Shown piece after piece: positions 1 through 8,890 of a stretch of 64,000 bases of DNA (position 1 is the stretch's first letter; the number at the start of each line of letters is the position of its first letter). The position numbers and the translations under genes were made by a program. The notes beneath the pieces were generated by a model. It was not told where the DNA came from and ran no database searches. It saw only the letters and a program-made list of their open reading frames with translations. The DNA comes from Longimicrobiales bacterium (GTDB taxonomy: Bacteria; Gemmatimonadota; Gemmatimonadetes; Longimicrobiales; Gaopeijiaceae), in assembly GCA_965249725.1 (NCBI GenBank), contig OZ252251.1:1-64000 (forward strand), read 5' to 3'.

Positions 1-217
1 TCGGAAGGAAACGCACTCCGGCATCCTGCTTCAGAGCGACCTTAAAAGCGCTCTCCTTCGCAGCCCAAAACGACCACCGGAGTTCGTGCGCCGAAGAGCT
101 CTCGCGAATCTGTGCCCGCTCGTCCGCCGTGAACGCCCGGCTGTCGAAGCGGGGGTGGATCTCGTTGGGCTGGCTCCACGGATCGTGGAGATCGACGATG
201 TCGTTACCGACTAGCAA
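1..217 (-). CDS. 4'-phosphopantetheinyl transferase, 5' part (runs off window start)
   Basis: Manual translation from TTG at 217: LVGNDIVDLHDPW...RFDSRAFTADE...WSFWAAKESAFKVA. Has the GxDxVD and WAAKES.FK PPTase motifs and overlaps the stop of the acyltransferase. Not in the ORF track. Confidence 0.88.
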   Translation of the reverse strand, partial: MLVGNDIVDLHDPWSQPNEIHPRFDSRAFTADERAQIRESSSAHELRWSFWAAKESAFKVALKQDAGVRFLP

Positions 218-950
218 AATACTGCTGCTCCATACTGGAGAGGCGCGCCACGATCTGTTCGGCCAGGTCCTTCGATCGGCGGAGCCCCGAGTGCTCCGAG
301 ACAGGCTTGAACAACTCGAAGTCGACGTAGAAAGAGTCTCCACGAGCCGGAACGGTCGACCAGGTCTTCTGTCGATCCCCGCGCATGTAGACACAGAGCG
401 CCTGACAGTCTCGCACGGAGTTCATGATTCTCCCGACTCCGTGGGCGATCGTGTCGAATTCGATGCGGCCTGTCCGGCTACGCCCTGCCTCAGGGAAGAT
501 GAGCGCGGTCTCCCCTCGGGAGAGGAGATGTTGCACGCGCTTGATGACCCCGGATACGTCCTGCCTCCTGCCGCCGCGTCGCACCGGAATGCACTTGGTC
601 ACCCACGCCCCGATCCGACTCGGCCAGACCGCCGCGTAGTTGGAGTACTCCGGCAGATTCCAGGGCATGCGGGAGTAGTTGAAGACGTACCACCAACTCC
701 CTCCGAGCGCCCAAGCGACCACGGCGGAGTCGGCCATGGTCAGATGGTTCGCGCAGATGAGGAGGGGCTGATCGTTCTCACGCATCATCGCCCGAAAGCG
801 CTTGCGGAGTTGGACGGCGTCCTTGACGCGATACCGCATCAAGAACCTCATCGCGAACACGATCGAGGTGATCCAGACGACGGACGATAGCCGGCCGGCC
901 TCTCGCTGGATGGCCAGCGCCGCCCGGGTTCTGAAGGGGAGCTTCGTCAC
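204..950 (-). CDS. Lysophospholipid/1-acyl-glycerol-3-phosphate acyltransferase (PlsC family)
   Basis: NHLTMAD (HxxxxD) and IFPEAGRS motifs. Confidence 0.88.
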   Translation of the reverse strand: MTKLPFRTRAALAIQREAGRLSSVVWITSIVFAMRFLMRYRVKDAVQLRKRFRAMMRENDQPLLICANHLTMADSAVVAWALGGSWWYVFNYSRMPWNLPEYSNYAAVWPSRIGAWVTKCIPVRRGGRRQDVSGVIKRVQHLLSRGETALIFPEAGRSRTGRIEFDTIAHGVGRIMNSVRDCQALCVYMRGDRQKTWSTVPARGDSFYVDFELFKPVSEHSGLRRSKDLAEQIVARLSSMEQQYFASR

Positions 951-961
951 GACTCGACCAG

Positions 962-1210
962 CTAAGAGATCTTTTCCGCGATGAGCCCCACTGCGTCGCC
1001 GACGGTGTTCACCGCGTCGGCATCTTCGTCTTCGACCTCGATGTCGAACTCATCTTCGAAGTTCAGGATGATATCGACCAACCGCGCCGAATTCACCTTG
1101 AGGTCCTGGAGGATGTTGGTGTCTTCACTCACCGTATCCAGTGCCTCGGGATTCTTCACGTAGGGCTTCACGATCTCGATCACCTTCGCGAAGATCTCTT
1201 CTCTCGTCAT
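962..1210 (-). CDS. acpP: Acyl carrier protein (atypical NS attachment motif)
   Basis: MTREEIF...DLKVNSARLVDIILNFEDEFDIEVED...TVGDAV; acidic ACP pattern; start reassigned to ATG 1210. Confidence 0.9.
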   Translation of the reverse strand: MTREEIFAKVIEIVKPYVKNPEALDTVSEDTNILQDLKVNSARLVDIILNFEDEFDIEVEDEDADAVNTVGDAVGLIAEKIS

Positions 1211-1236
1211 ATACGCGCTTCCTGTTCGAGCCTGTG

Positions 1237-2514
1237 CTAATCCGCCCATTTGCGGAAGATGGCACAAGAATTTACATCGCCAAAGCCGAATCCCGCCTTG
1301 ATAATGGTATTTAGCTTAGGCATTTCGCGCACCACATGCGGAATCGACGCCGCATAGGCCTCGATCTCCGGGTGAACATCCTCACAGTTCACAGAGGGAT
1401 GCACAAAGCCTCCCTCGAGCATCAAGATACACGCAACGGCCTCCAATCCTCCAGCGGCGCCGAGCCCGTGTCCGATCATGGACTTGGTCGACGTGATGAC
1501 CGGAAACGTCTCCGGGGTCCGCTCCAGGGCCTTCGCCCAAGAGGCCACCTCTTTCGGATCGGCGCCAGTCGCCGTCAGGTGACCGTTGATGGCGTCCACT
1601 TCGTCCGGATCGATCGAGGCGTCAGCCACCGCGTCCTGGATGCATCGCCGTACACCCTCCGGATTGGGCGCCGTCATGCTACCCCCACCACGATGCCCAC
1701 CGCAATTGATGGCTCCCCCCATCACCTCGGCGTAGACACGCGCACCCCGCGCCTGAGCGCTTTCCAGACTCTCCAGGTGAATCACTCCCGCGCCGCTGCC
1801 CGGAACGAATCCACCGGCCGATGCGCTGAGCGGGCGCGATGCCTTCTCGGGCTCGTCGTTGTGGCTGCGACAGAGCACGCGCATGGAATCGAAGCCGGCC
1901 CACGCATAATGACTCGACCCTTCACTGCCTCCACACAACATGCGCTCGGCCCGTCCCTCACCGATTCGATGATAGCCCTCGATAACGGCCTCCAAGCCGG
2001 TACTGCACGCGCTGGAGTTCGAGGTCACCTGGTTGCCGAGAGCCAACATGCCGGCCACCCGCGCGGACACACCACTGCCCATGACCTGTTCGACGATAGT
2101 GCTCCCCAACCTGCGGACCCGACCTGCGTCGGTCATCGGCACGAGCTTCTCGCCGGTGGTGTCCAGTCCTCCGATGCCGGTGCCCAGAACCGTTCCGGCC
2201 TCCCAGTAGATCCGGTCGTCTCCCTGCTCGGGCCGTGCGAACCCGGCGTCCGTCCAGGCGTCGACCGCAGCGATGCATCCGTACCGGTGGCTGCTGTTCA
2301 TCGCGAGAAGTTCGTCGGACTCGAAATACTCGATGGCAAGCTCGTCGGTGCCCTGAGGGATGCCCCCTACGGTGCACCCGAACTTCAGCTCTTCGAGGAG
2401 CGGTTGGTGCCGGATTCCCGAGACGCCGCCACGCAGAGCTCGGGAGTACGCTTCGAGGCCCACGCCGTTGGGTGCGACCACCCCGATCCCTGTGACCACC
2501 ACACGGCGGCTCAT
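1237..2514 (-). CDS. Beta-ketoacyl-ACP synthase (FabB/FabF family)
   Basis: RRVVVTGIG start; Cys-His-His triad in SACSTG, INGHLTAT, KSMIGHGLGA; GFGFG C-terminus. Confidence 0.93.
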   Translation of the reverse strand: MSRRVVVTGIGVVAPNGVGLEAYSRALRGGVSGIRHQPLLEELKFGCTVGGIPQGTDELAIEYFESDELLAMNSSHRYGCIAAVDAWTDAGFARPEQGDDRIYWEAGTVLGTGIGGLDTTGEKLVPMTDAGRVRRLGSTIVEQVMGSGVSARVAGMLALGNQVTSNSSACSTGLEAVIEGYHRIGEGRAERMLCGGSEGSSHYAWAGFDSMRVLCRSHNDEPEKASRPLSASAGGFVPGSGAGVIHLESLESAQARGARVYAEVMGGAINCGGHRGGGSMTAPNPEGVRRCIQDAVADASIDPDEVDAINGHLTATGADPKEVASWAKALERTPETFPVITSTKSMIGHGLGAAGGLEAVACILMLEGGFVHPSVNCEDVHPEIEAYAASIPHVVREMPKLNTIIKAGFGFGDVNSCAIFRKWAD

Positions 2515-2987
2515 CTCTCAACTCCCACGCCGGAAATCGTCCCTGATAGCACGACGGTCCCATCATCCAGCGTCATTGTCCCCTCTGCGCGGAACTTGTT
2601 GCGCCGGTAGAACACCTTCCTGGCCGAGGTGGTGACCCGGTCACCCGGCTTCACTATGCCCGTGAAGTCCACATTGGCATCGCAGAAGAGAGCCACTCGG
2701 CTCTTCACGCCCTCGACACCGTGTTCCTTGGCGATGATGTAGATACCCAACGCGACCACGCCGACCTGGGCGAAAGATTCCAGAAGAATGACCCCCGGGG
2801 TCACCGGGTCTCCCGGAAAATGACCCCGATAGAAGTCCGCGTCGGGTCGAAATCGGTAGTGGGCGAGAATGTGGTCCTCGGACACCTCGAGGATTTCGTC
2901 TACGAACCTGAAGGGCTCCTGTTGGGGGAGCAGCTCCATAACCTGAGCCGGGTTGAGCTCGGTGCCGACGGACTCCGAAACGCTCAT
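2511..2987 (-). CDS. fabZ: 3-hydroxyacyl-ACP dehydratase, FabZ-like hotdog fold
   Basis: LLPQQEPFRFVD and GHFPGDPVTPGVILLES (His/Glu); ATG 2987 overlaps the upstream stop (ATGA). Confidence 0.85.
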   Translation of the reverse strand: MSVSESVGTELNPAQVMELLPQQEPFRFVDEILEVSEDHILAHYRFRPDADFYRGHFPGDPVTPGVILLESFAQVGVVALGIYIIAKEHGVEGVKSRVALFCDANVDFTGIVKPGDRVTTSARKVFYRRNKFRAEGTMTLDDGTVVLSGTISGVGVER

Positions 2988-3574
2988 TCGCCCATCTTTC
3001 CGCCCCGCGACCGCTCCGAGGGAAAGGGATAGTCGGCATAGTCGATATCGCGAAACACGCCGACCTTGGCCCGCTTGATCTCGTAGATCGCTTCCCCATC
3101 CACGAGTACGGTCGCGTCGCCGATGGCCACAGCCGATCCGGACGCCGGGAGGTCCTGATACCGGACGATGTCGATCTCGTAGCGGACCACCTTGTCGTGG
3201 GGTCTGATCTGTCCGGAGAACTCGACCTCGGAGCATCCGAGGGCCCGTCCCGTACCGAGCGCACCGTTCCAGGCACAGTAAAACCCGATGAGCTGCCAGA
3301 CACCATCCACGCCCAGGCAGCCGGGTTGGACCGGATCGCCGAGGAAATGACACTGGAAGAACCAGTCATCGACCCGCACGTCGCGCTCGGCCACGATACG
3401 CCCTCGGGCACCCCTCCTGGACAGATGCTCGATCCGGTCGACCATCAACATGGGCGGCAGAGGAAGACGCGCTTTGAACTCGTCGGGTCCGTCCTCGATC
3501 AGGCGGCCATAGGCGAATGCCAGCACCTCCTCTTCGGACAGGTGCGATCTTTCTCGGAAGTCGTCGTACTTCAC
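2984..3574 (-). CDS. fabA: 3-hydroxydecanoyl-ACP dehydratase/isomerase FabA
   Basis: LPLPPMLMVDRI, WFFQCHFLGDPVQPGCLGVDG (His/Asp dyad), GRALG; GTG 3574 overlaps the FabH stop. Confidence 0.92.
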   Translation of the reverse strand: MKYDDFRERSHLSEEEVLAFAYGRLIEDGPDEFKARLPLPPMLMVDRIEHLSRRGARGRIVAERDVRVDDWFFQCHFLGDPVQPGCLGVDGVWQLIGFYCAWNGALGTGRALGCSEVEFSGQIRPHDKVVRYEIDIVRYQDLPASGSAVAIGDATVLVDGEAIYEIKRAKVGVFRDIDYADYPFPSERSRGGKMGE

Positions 3575-4566
3575 GGCGTCTCTCCGAAGCGTAGCACGTA
3601 GCTGGACCACGACAGGCCCGACCCCACCCCGACGAGGGCAACGTCGTCGCCATCGGTCCATCGATCCCAGTTCATGGAAAGCACAGACGGTGCTCCCGCG
3701 GCTCCCGCATTGCCGTAGTCCGCGACGTTGGAGTGGTGCAGATGGTCCTCGATGTTGCAGTGCTGGCACACGGTCTCGAGCATTCTGAAATTAGCCTGGT
3801 GCCCGATGAAGTGCAGGGTCCGGCCCGGAGGCGGGAATTCCTTCTGGATCCGTTTCAGCAGGCGCACCGTCTTCTTGATCGCGAACATCTGCACCGTCCG
3901 CCCCTCTTGGCTGAAGTGGCCGAACAGGGGGACGACCACCTTGTTGCTCCCGGCCGGACTGGACTGCAACGTGTTCCCGAGAATCTCGATGCGGGAGGGC
4001 ACTTTGGTGGACACCACCGCCGCCGTGGTACAGTCGCCCCACAGCACCGATGCCGAACGATCGGAGTAGTCGACAGCCGTGGTAATGGTCTCCGGTGTCA
4101 CGAGCAGGACGTACTCGGGCAGTGCCTCAGGACGCATCATGGACAGGACGTACAAAGCGACCCACATGCTCGTGCAGGCAGAGTTCATGTCGAAGGCCGG
4201 CACCTCGAGCTCCATGGCCCGGGCGATCATGCACGCGTCGGCCGGGGAGGACCACTCCGGCTTGCTGGAGCCGGCGATGACCATGCCGATGTCGGCCTTA
4301 GACACGCCGGCTCGGTCCATGGCCATGGCAGCCGCCTTGACGCCCGTATCCGCATGTGTGTACAGGGCAGCTTCCACAGCGCCAGCGGGATTCACGTTGC
4401 GCGTCTCCCGAATGTAGTCGAGTGGAAGCACCGTCCGACGCGTCCGGATGCCTACGCGTTCCATGATCCATTCCTCGTTCGTCCCGATGTCGAGGTCGGT
4501 GAGGAACTGATTGGTGATTTCACTCTCGGGATGGAAGTGCCCCACCCCGTGAAGGTACAGGCTCAT
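3571..4566 (-). CDS. fabH: 3-oxoacyl-ACP synthase III
   Basis: EWIMERVGIRTR, SACTS, GHQAN, YGNAG (Cys-His-Asn); ATG 4566 overlaps the upstream stop. Confidence 0.9.
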   Translation of the reverse strand: MSLYLHGVGHFHPESEITNQFLTDLDIGTNEEWIMERVGIRTRRTVLPLDYIRETRNVNPAGAVEAALYTHADTGVKAAAMAMDRAGVSKADIGMVIAGSSKPEWSSPADACMIARAMELEVPAFDMNSACTSMWVALYVLSMMRPEALPEYVLLVTPETITTAVDYSDRSASVLWGDCTTAAVVSTKVPSRIEILGNTLQSSPAGSNKVVVPLFGHFSQEGRTVQMFAIKKTVRLLKRIQKEFPPPGRTLHFIGHQANFRMLETVCQHCNIEDHLHHSNVADYGNAGAAGAPSVLSMNWDRWTDGDDVALVGVGSGLSWSSYVLRFGETP

Positions 4567-5519
4567 CGAGAGGCCCCCGAGATGCGCTCTCCCCCGTCCA
4601 CGCGGATCACTTCTCCGTTGATCCAGGCGGCCTCGGGGAGGGACAGCAGATAGATGACGTTGGCGACATCCTCCGGAGAGGTCAGTCGCCCGAACGGGTT
4701 CCTCGTGCGGGCCTGTGCCTTCAGGTGCGCACTCCCCGGAATCATGCGTAGCGCGGGCGTGTCGGTAACCCCGGCCTGCACGATATTCGAGCGGATACCG
4801 TAGGGTGCCATTTCTACGGCGATCGAACGCGACACGGACTCGAGTGCGACCTTGGCGGCGGCCACCGCGGCGTATCCCTTCCAGGCGACCTCGTTCCCTT
4901 CGCTGGTGAGGCCGAGAACCCGGGCATCTGTCGCGAACATGCCGCGACTCAAGAGATCCTGCGTCCACCCGAGGAGACTCGTTCCCATGGAGTGGATGGT
5001 CCGGGCCATGTCCTCCTCCTCGATGAAGGAGTCGGCCGCATAGTCGGGCGCGGTCGTCAGGCCCTGCACTCCGTCGACGCCCTCTTCGAAGAGCTTGTCG
5101 GCGGCCTCTTCAAGAGCCGCCTCATCCACACCCATCGCCTCGGCCAGCCGCTGGCGGGCCTCATTCGAGGGCGGGGCCTCGGGCCCGATCAGCTTCAGGT
5201 TTCCGAATGCGATGGAATGGAGCACGACACGGACTTTGCCGTCGGTACCGAGGGCCTCGCCGAGGCTGTCCAGAATGTCGCCGCGAACATCAGAGTCCAG
5301 CGCATCCTTATTGAATGCGAGCAGCGAGACACCCCGCTCCCTAATTACGTCGAACTCCGGCTCGATACGCTTCATCGCGCCCCGCCGATCGCGATGGACC
5401 ACGCAGAGGTTGAGGCCGTGCTCGGCCAGCTTATGCGCAGTGGCCAGCCCGAATCCGCTCGATCCACCCAGAATCAGGGCCCATTCGTCCGGACCGAAGG
5501 GTGTAGTAGACGTACTCAC
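4563..5519 (-). CDS. SDR enoyl-ACP reductase, FabL/FabI-like
   Basis: ILGGSSGFG Rossmann motif, YAAVAAAK (Y-x6-K), NPFGRLT, WINGEVIRVDGG. Confidence 0.85.
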   Translation of the reverse strand: MSTSTTPFGPDEWALILGGSSGFGLATAHKLAEHGLNLCVVHRDRRGAMKRIEPEFDVIRERGVSLLAFNKDALDSDVRGDILDSLGEALGTDGKVRVVLHSIAFGNLKLIGPEAPPSNEARQRLAEAMGVDEAALEEAADKLFEEGVDGVQGLTTAPDYAADSFIEEEDMARTIHSMGTSLLGWTQDLLSRGMFATDARVLGLTSEGNEVAWKGYAAVAAAKVALESVSRSIAVEMAPYGIRSNIVQAGVTDTPALRMIPGSAHLKAQARTRNPFGRLTSPEDVANVIYLLSLPEAAWINGEVIRVDGGERISGASR

Positions 5520-5680
5520 GCGGTTCGTTTCTCGGCGTCCGTCTCAGGGAGGTAGCGAAGAGGCCCTCCAAACGCCGGGATTCCGCCCGAATGGTGGAGC
5601 GCACAAGGATACAAGGATATCAAAGGGGAGCGATTCTGACTAGGAACTGGCCCTCCGAAGGCCCGAACCGGGAGGACGGA

Positions 5681-5714
5681 AGAGCGGCCGGACTCCGTGG
5701 AATCCGACCGCTCT
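5681..5714 (-). terminator. Stem-loop downstream of the TonB receptor gene, probable terminator
   Basis: Minus strand AGAGCGGTCGGATTCC-AC-GGAGTCCGGCCGCTCT: long stem with G-U pairs, weak U tail. Confidence 0.5.
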
Positions 5715-5751
5715 CCTATCTCCTGGATCGCATAGAGACCCTGCTACCCGA

Positions 5752-8079
5752 TCAGAAGCTCCATGCCAGATCGAGGAAGACGACCGTGCCAGGCTCGGCC
5801 ACGGGAATCCCGGTGAACGGGTTCTTGGCATTCAGGTGATCCGAGTATGCCTCGTCCAGGAGATTCAGGATACCTCCCCGGAGGGTCACACCGTTGGCCA
5901 ATCCGAATCCAGCTCGCACGTCCACCGTTTGATAGCCGTCCGTGGGGATCTCCCCGCGGGAGCTCGACACTTGGTCCTGCTCGGCCACCAGGTTGAGCAC
6001 CCCCTCGGTATAGAACCGCCCGGCAGCTTCTTCATAGCGTAGACCGAAGGAGGTGCGTAACGGAGACACACCGATCACCGGCTCGTTGAGCTCGTCGTCG
6101 TTGCCATGGAGGTAGGAAAGGCTCGCGTCGAACGTCAGCACATCGTTCAGCGCGGCCGTACCGGAAGCCTCGAAGCCCCGGAACGTCGCTTTACCGTTCA
6201 CGTACTGGAATACCGTGTTGGGCGAGAGAGGGAGTCGTTTCGGCAAGCCGGTCGCCTGAATCGTGATGTAGTCGTAGATCTTGCGACCGAACACACCCAC
6301 GTGGAGGGCGAACCGCTCAAACCGCCCGTCGAGCCAAGCGTCCCCCTGAATGCTCCGCTCCGGGTCGAGGTTCGGATTCCCCACGAACTCGGCGGACATC
6401 TGAGCCTTCGACGCCGGGATACGATCGGAATACCGCTCGCTCGCGTCGGCGGTTCGTACGACCGACCCCAAGCCGAGCGCGAGCGTCCAGTTGCTGGAGA
6501 GATCGTAGGATCCCGTGACCGCACCGCTCAGGTTGTTCTCCGCCGCATCGAGATCCGAGCCGACGTTGGTCAGGAAGAAGTCACTCGCCGTCGGCGCCTC
6601 GGCGGACACAAAGTCACCCCGCGCCGTCCCGGCGAGACGCAACCCGCCGCGATTGTATGCGAGCCGCGCGAAAGCACCGACATCGTTGATGTCTGCATCA
6701 GGCCACATCATGTCCTCGAACATCACCATGCCGTTGTCCAACCGGGCGATCGTTCGATCGGCGTTGCGGTTGGACAGATAGGCGTCTGCTCCGACCTGCG
6801 CAGACCAATCGTCGTTGATGTGGAGGTCGACCGCGGCCCTGCCTCCACTCACGGTCATATGCGAGTCGACCGTGACATCCAACGCGAACTGCGGCATACG
6901 GCCGTCCATCGGCATACGGGTAGGCTTGCCGATGTTGTCCATGCCGTGGTCGACCTTGTTGCGGTATGCCTGGAGGTTCACTCCTCGAACTCTACCGTGT
7001 CCCGCCCATTCGTAGGTCGCCGAAAGGTTTGTCGATTCGAAGAACGACGCACTCAACAGACGGCCCTGATAGTCGATGGGGCCCTGCTCCTGGTAGCCGG
7101 CGGACAGCACGAGCCTGCCCTCCTCACCGACGTCGAAGCCGAACTTCCCACGGCCTTCCCAGGATTCGAAATCCGCCTGGACCAGGGTACCGTCCCCGGA
7201 CTCATAGTCGTTCCCCTCACGGAAGGCACCGTGAAGGAAGTAGGATACGCCACCACTCTTACCGAAGACCTTCCCCGTCGTCTCGCTCGCCCCGAGGTTC
7301 GCATCGTACCCCGCCGCGACGCTTCCCCGCAGCGCGGATTCAGCCTTTGGAAGGGGCTGTGTTTCGACCCGGATCGCACTGAGGTTTCCTGCCCCCCACG
7401 TCAGAGCATAGGGGCCCTTTACCACCTCGATGGACCGGATGGCGCTGGGGTCCAGGTGCGTGAGCGGGGAGTCCATCCGGGCCGGTCCGGCCGGGAACAT
7501 GCGCGCCCCGTCCAGATAGGTGCCCACCTGGGTCTCCCGGAGACCCCTTACCACCGGGTCCAGGCCGAGCGGGCCTCGCCGTACGGCCTCTACGCCATCG
7601 AGAGCCCTCAGCAGTTCCCCCGCGTCCTTCGGATTGGCCTCCTCCACCTCCCTGCCCGTCAAGGAGGCCTCCGGAAGCAGATCGGGCCTCAACACCGACA
7701 CGGAGATCCCCTCCAGTGCCAGGGGGCGACTCTCCAAACGGATATCGGTGCTGGGGCTCTGCCCGGTCTCACCCACCGTCATCTCGAGCGTGCGCGTCCG
7801 GTAGCCCATCGCGCTCACTTCGATCTCGAATGTGCCGGCGTGGAGGATCAACATGAACTCGCCCGAGCCACCCGTGGTCACGAGGCCGTCCGTCCCCCTG
7901 GCCTGTACCACCGCCCCGTTTATCGGAGTACCGTCGTCAGCGCTCAGCACCCTTCCCATGACGTGTTGGGCTTCGAGGGAAGACACCAGAACGGCCATCG
8001 CCAAAGAGCCGAGCGCGATCACTTTGAACGCTGCGCCCCGCACTCGGCCCATCATATTCACTGTGAACATCATCTTCAT
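5752..8079 (-). CDS. TonB-dependent receptor, OprC/NosA (copper receptor)-like, with N-terminal carboxypeptidase-regulatory-like domain
   Basis: Signal peptide, plug (DPVVRGL, IEVVKGPYAL), PARMDSP and DHGMDN motifs, NLLDEAYSDHL, C-terminal Phe. Confidence 0.88.
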   Translation of the reverse strand: MKMMFTVNMMGRVRGAAFKVIALGSLAMAVLVSSLEAQHVMGRVLSADDGTPINGAVVQARGTDGLVTTGGSGEFMLILHAGTFEIEVSAMGYRTRTLEMTVGETGQSPSTDIRLESRPLALEGISVSVLRPDLLPEASLTGREVEEANPKDAGELLRALDGVEAVRRGPLGLDPVVRGLRETQVGTYLDGARMFPAGPARMDSPLTHLDPSAIRSIEVVKGPYALTWGAGNLSAIRVETQPLPKAESALRGSVAAGYDANLGASETTGKVFGKSGGVSYFLHGAFREGNDYESGDGTLVQADFESWEGRGKFGFDVGEEGRLVLSAGYQEQGPIDYQGRLLSASFFESTNLSATYEWAGHGRVRGVNLQAYRNKVDHGMDNIGKPTRMPMDGRMPQFALDVTVDSHMTVSGGRAAVDLHINDDWSAQVGADAYLSNRNADRTIARLDNGMVMFEDMMWPDADINDVGAFARLAYNRGGLRLAGTARGDFVSAEAPTASDFFLTNVGSDLDAAENNLSGAVTGSYDLSSNWTLALGLGSVVRTADASERYSDRIPASKAQMSAEFVGNPNLDPERSIQGDAWLDGRFERFALHVGVFGRKIYDYITIQATGLPKRLPLSPNTVFQYVNGKATFRGFEASGTAALNDVLTFDASLSYLHGNDDELNEPVIGVSPLRTSFGLRYEEAAGRFYTEGVLNLVAEQDQVSSSRGEIPTDGYQTVDVRAGFGLANGVTLRGGILNLLDEAYSDHLNAKNPFTGIPVAEPGTVVFLDLAWSF

Positions 8080-8192
8080 TTAACCCCGCTGGTTACCGGA
8101 CCGACTCGGTTGCCCGGTGGTGTCGGTCCGATCTCGATTGTCAGAGTGATCCGGCTCATGGCGCGGATCAGGTCATCGCTTTGAACGTGTGG

Positions 8193-8615
8193 TCAGGCGA
8201 TGAAAGGCGGGGCGTTCGGGAGAGGTACCAGATGGCGGGTGGGCTGTCTCGGAGAAGCATCTACCTCGGGAATCTCGATATCGGTCGCCCGCTCCAAGGG
8301 GAAACTGGCGATCCGGGCCTCGAACGTGGCGAGGCCGACGGTGCCACCGATCTGACAGAGATCCGCACAAAGGCAGGCGTGCGGTGCTGCGGGAGACGAA
8401 TCGTCAGACGCCTCAGCGGACTGGCCGTGGCCCTGGTGGGCATCGCCGTCCGGGACGGATTGGTCGACATGCCCCGCCAGCTGAGCATCATGATGCGGGC
8501 AGGACCGAACCGACGTGAGGGCACCGAAGAGGAACATCGACGCGAATAGCGCCGCCGCGATGCGGCGTCCTCGGAGCCCGAGGCTCCCGGTTCTTCCCTC
8601 CACCGTCAGTCTCAC
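8193..8615 (-). CDS. His/Cys-rich exported small protein, DUF2946/CruR-like leader ORF
   Basis: Signal-like N-terminus, CPHH, His-rich linker, CLCADLC, Pro-rich C-terminus PNAPP; immediately upstream of the receptor gene. Confidence 0.65.
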   Translation of the reverse strand: MRLTVEGRTGSLGLRGRRIAAALFASMFLFGALTSVRSCPHHDAQLAGHVDQSVPDGDAHQGHGQSAEASDDSSPAAPHACLCADLCQIGGTVGLATFEARIASFPLERATDIEIPEVDASPRQPTRHLVPLPNAPPFIA

Positions 8616-8890
8616 GATAGAACGTTCTCGGAGTGCGATGCCAATGTAGGTGGCGTGACAGTTCGTCCGCTCTATGCGGACAAAACGACCGGAACGGCGG
8701 TCGTTAAAACTATGGAAACCCTATGTCCGTGGCCACCCCTGGGGCCCGTGTACGCCCGAACCCAGGCGGCGATTCTGCACCCGTCCAGGCACTCTACCAG
8801 GGACGCCAAGGGCTGCGATTTGCTTGCTCGGCGGCATTACACCGCCTATCTGTACGTGAGTCCCCCTAAGCACCATGGTCCTCACGTCGG

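Noticed and set aside
6106..8184. Long antisense ORFs (also 1336-2610, 14245-15588, 18975-20501 and others)
   Set aside because: Shadow frames of real genes, expected at high GC, with no motifs.
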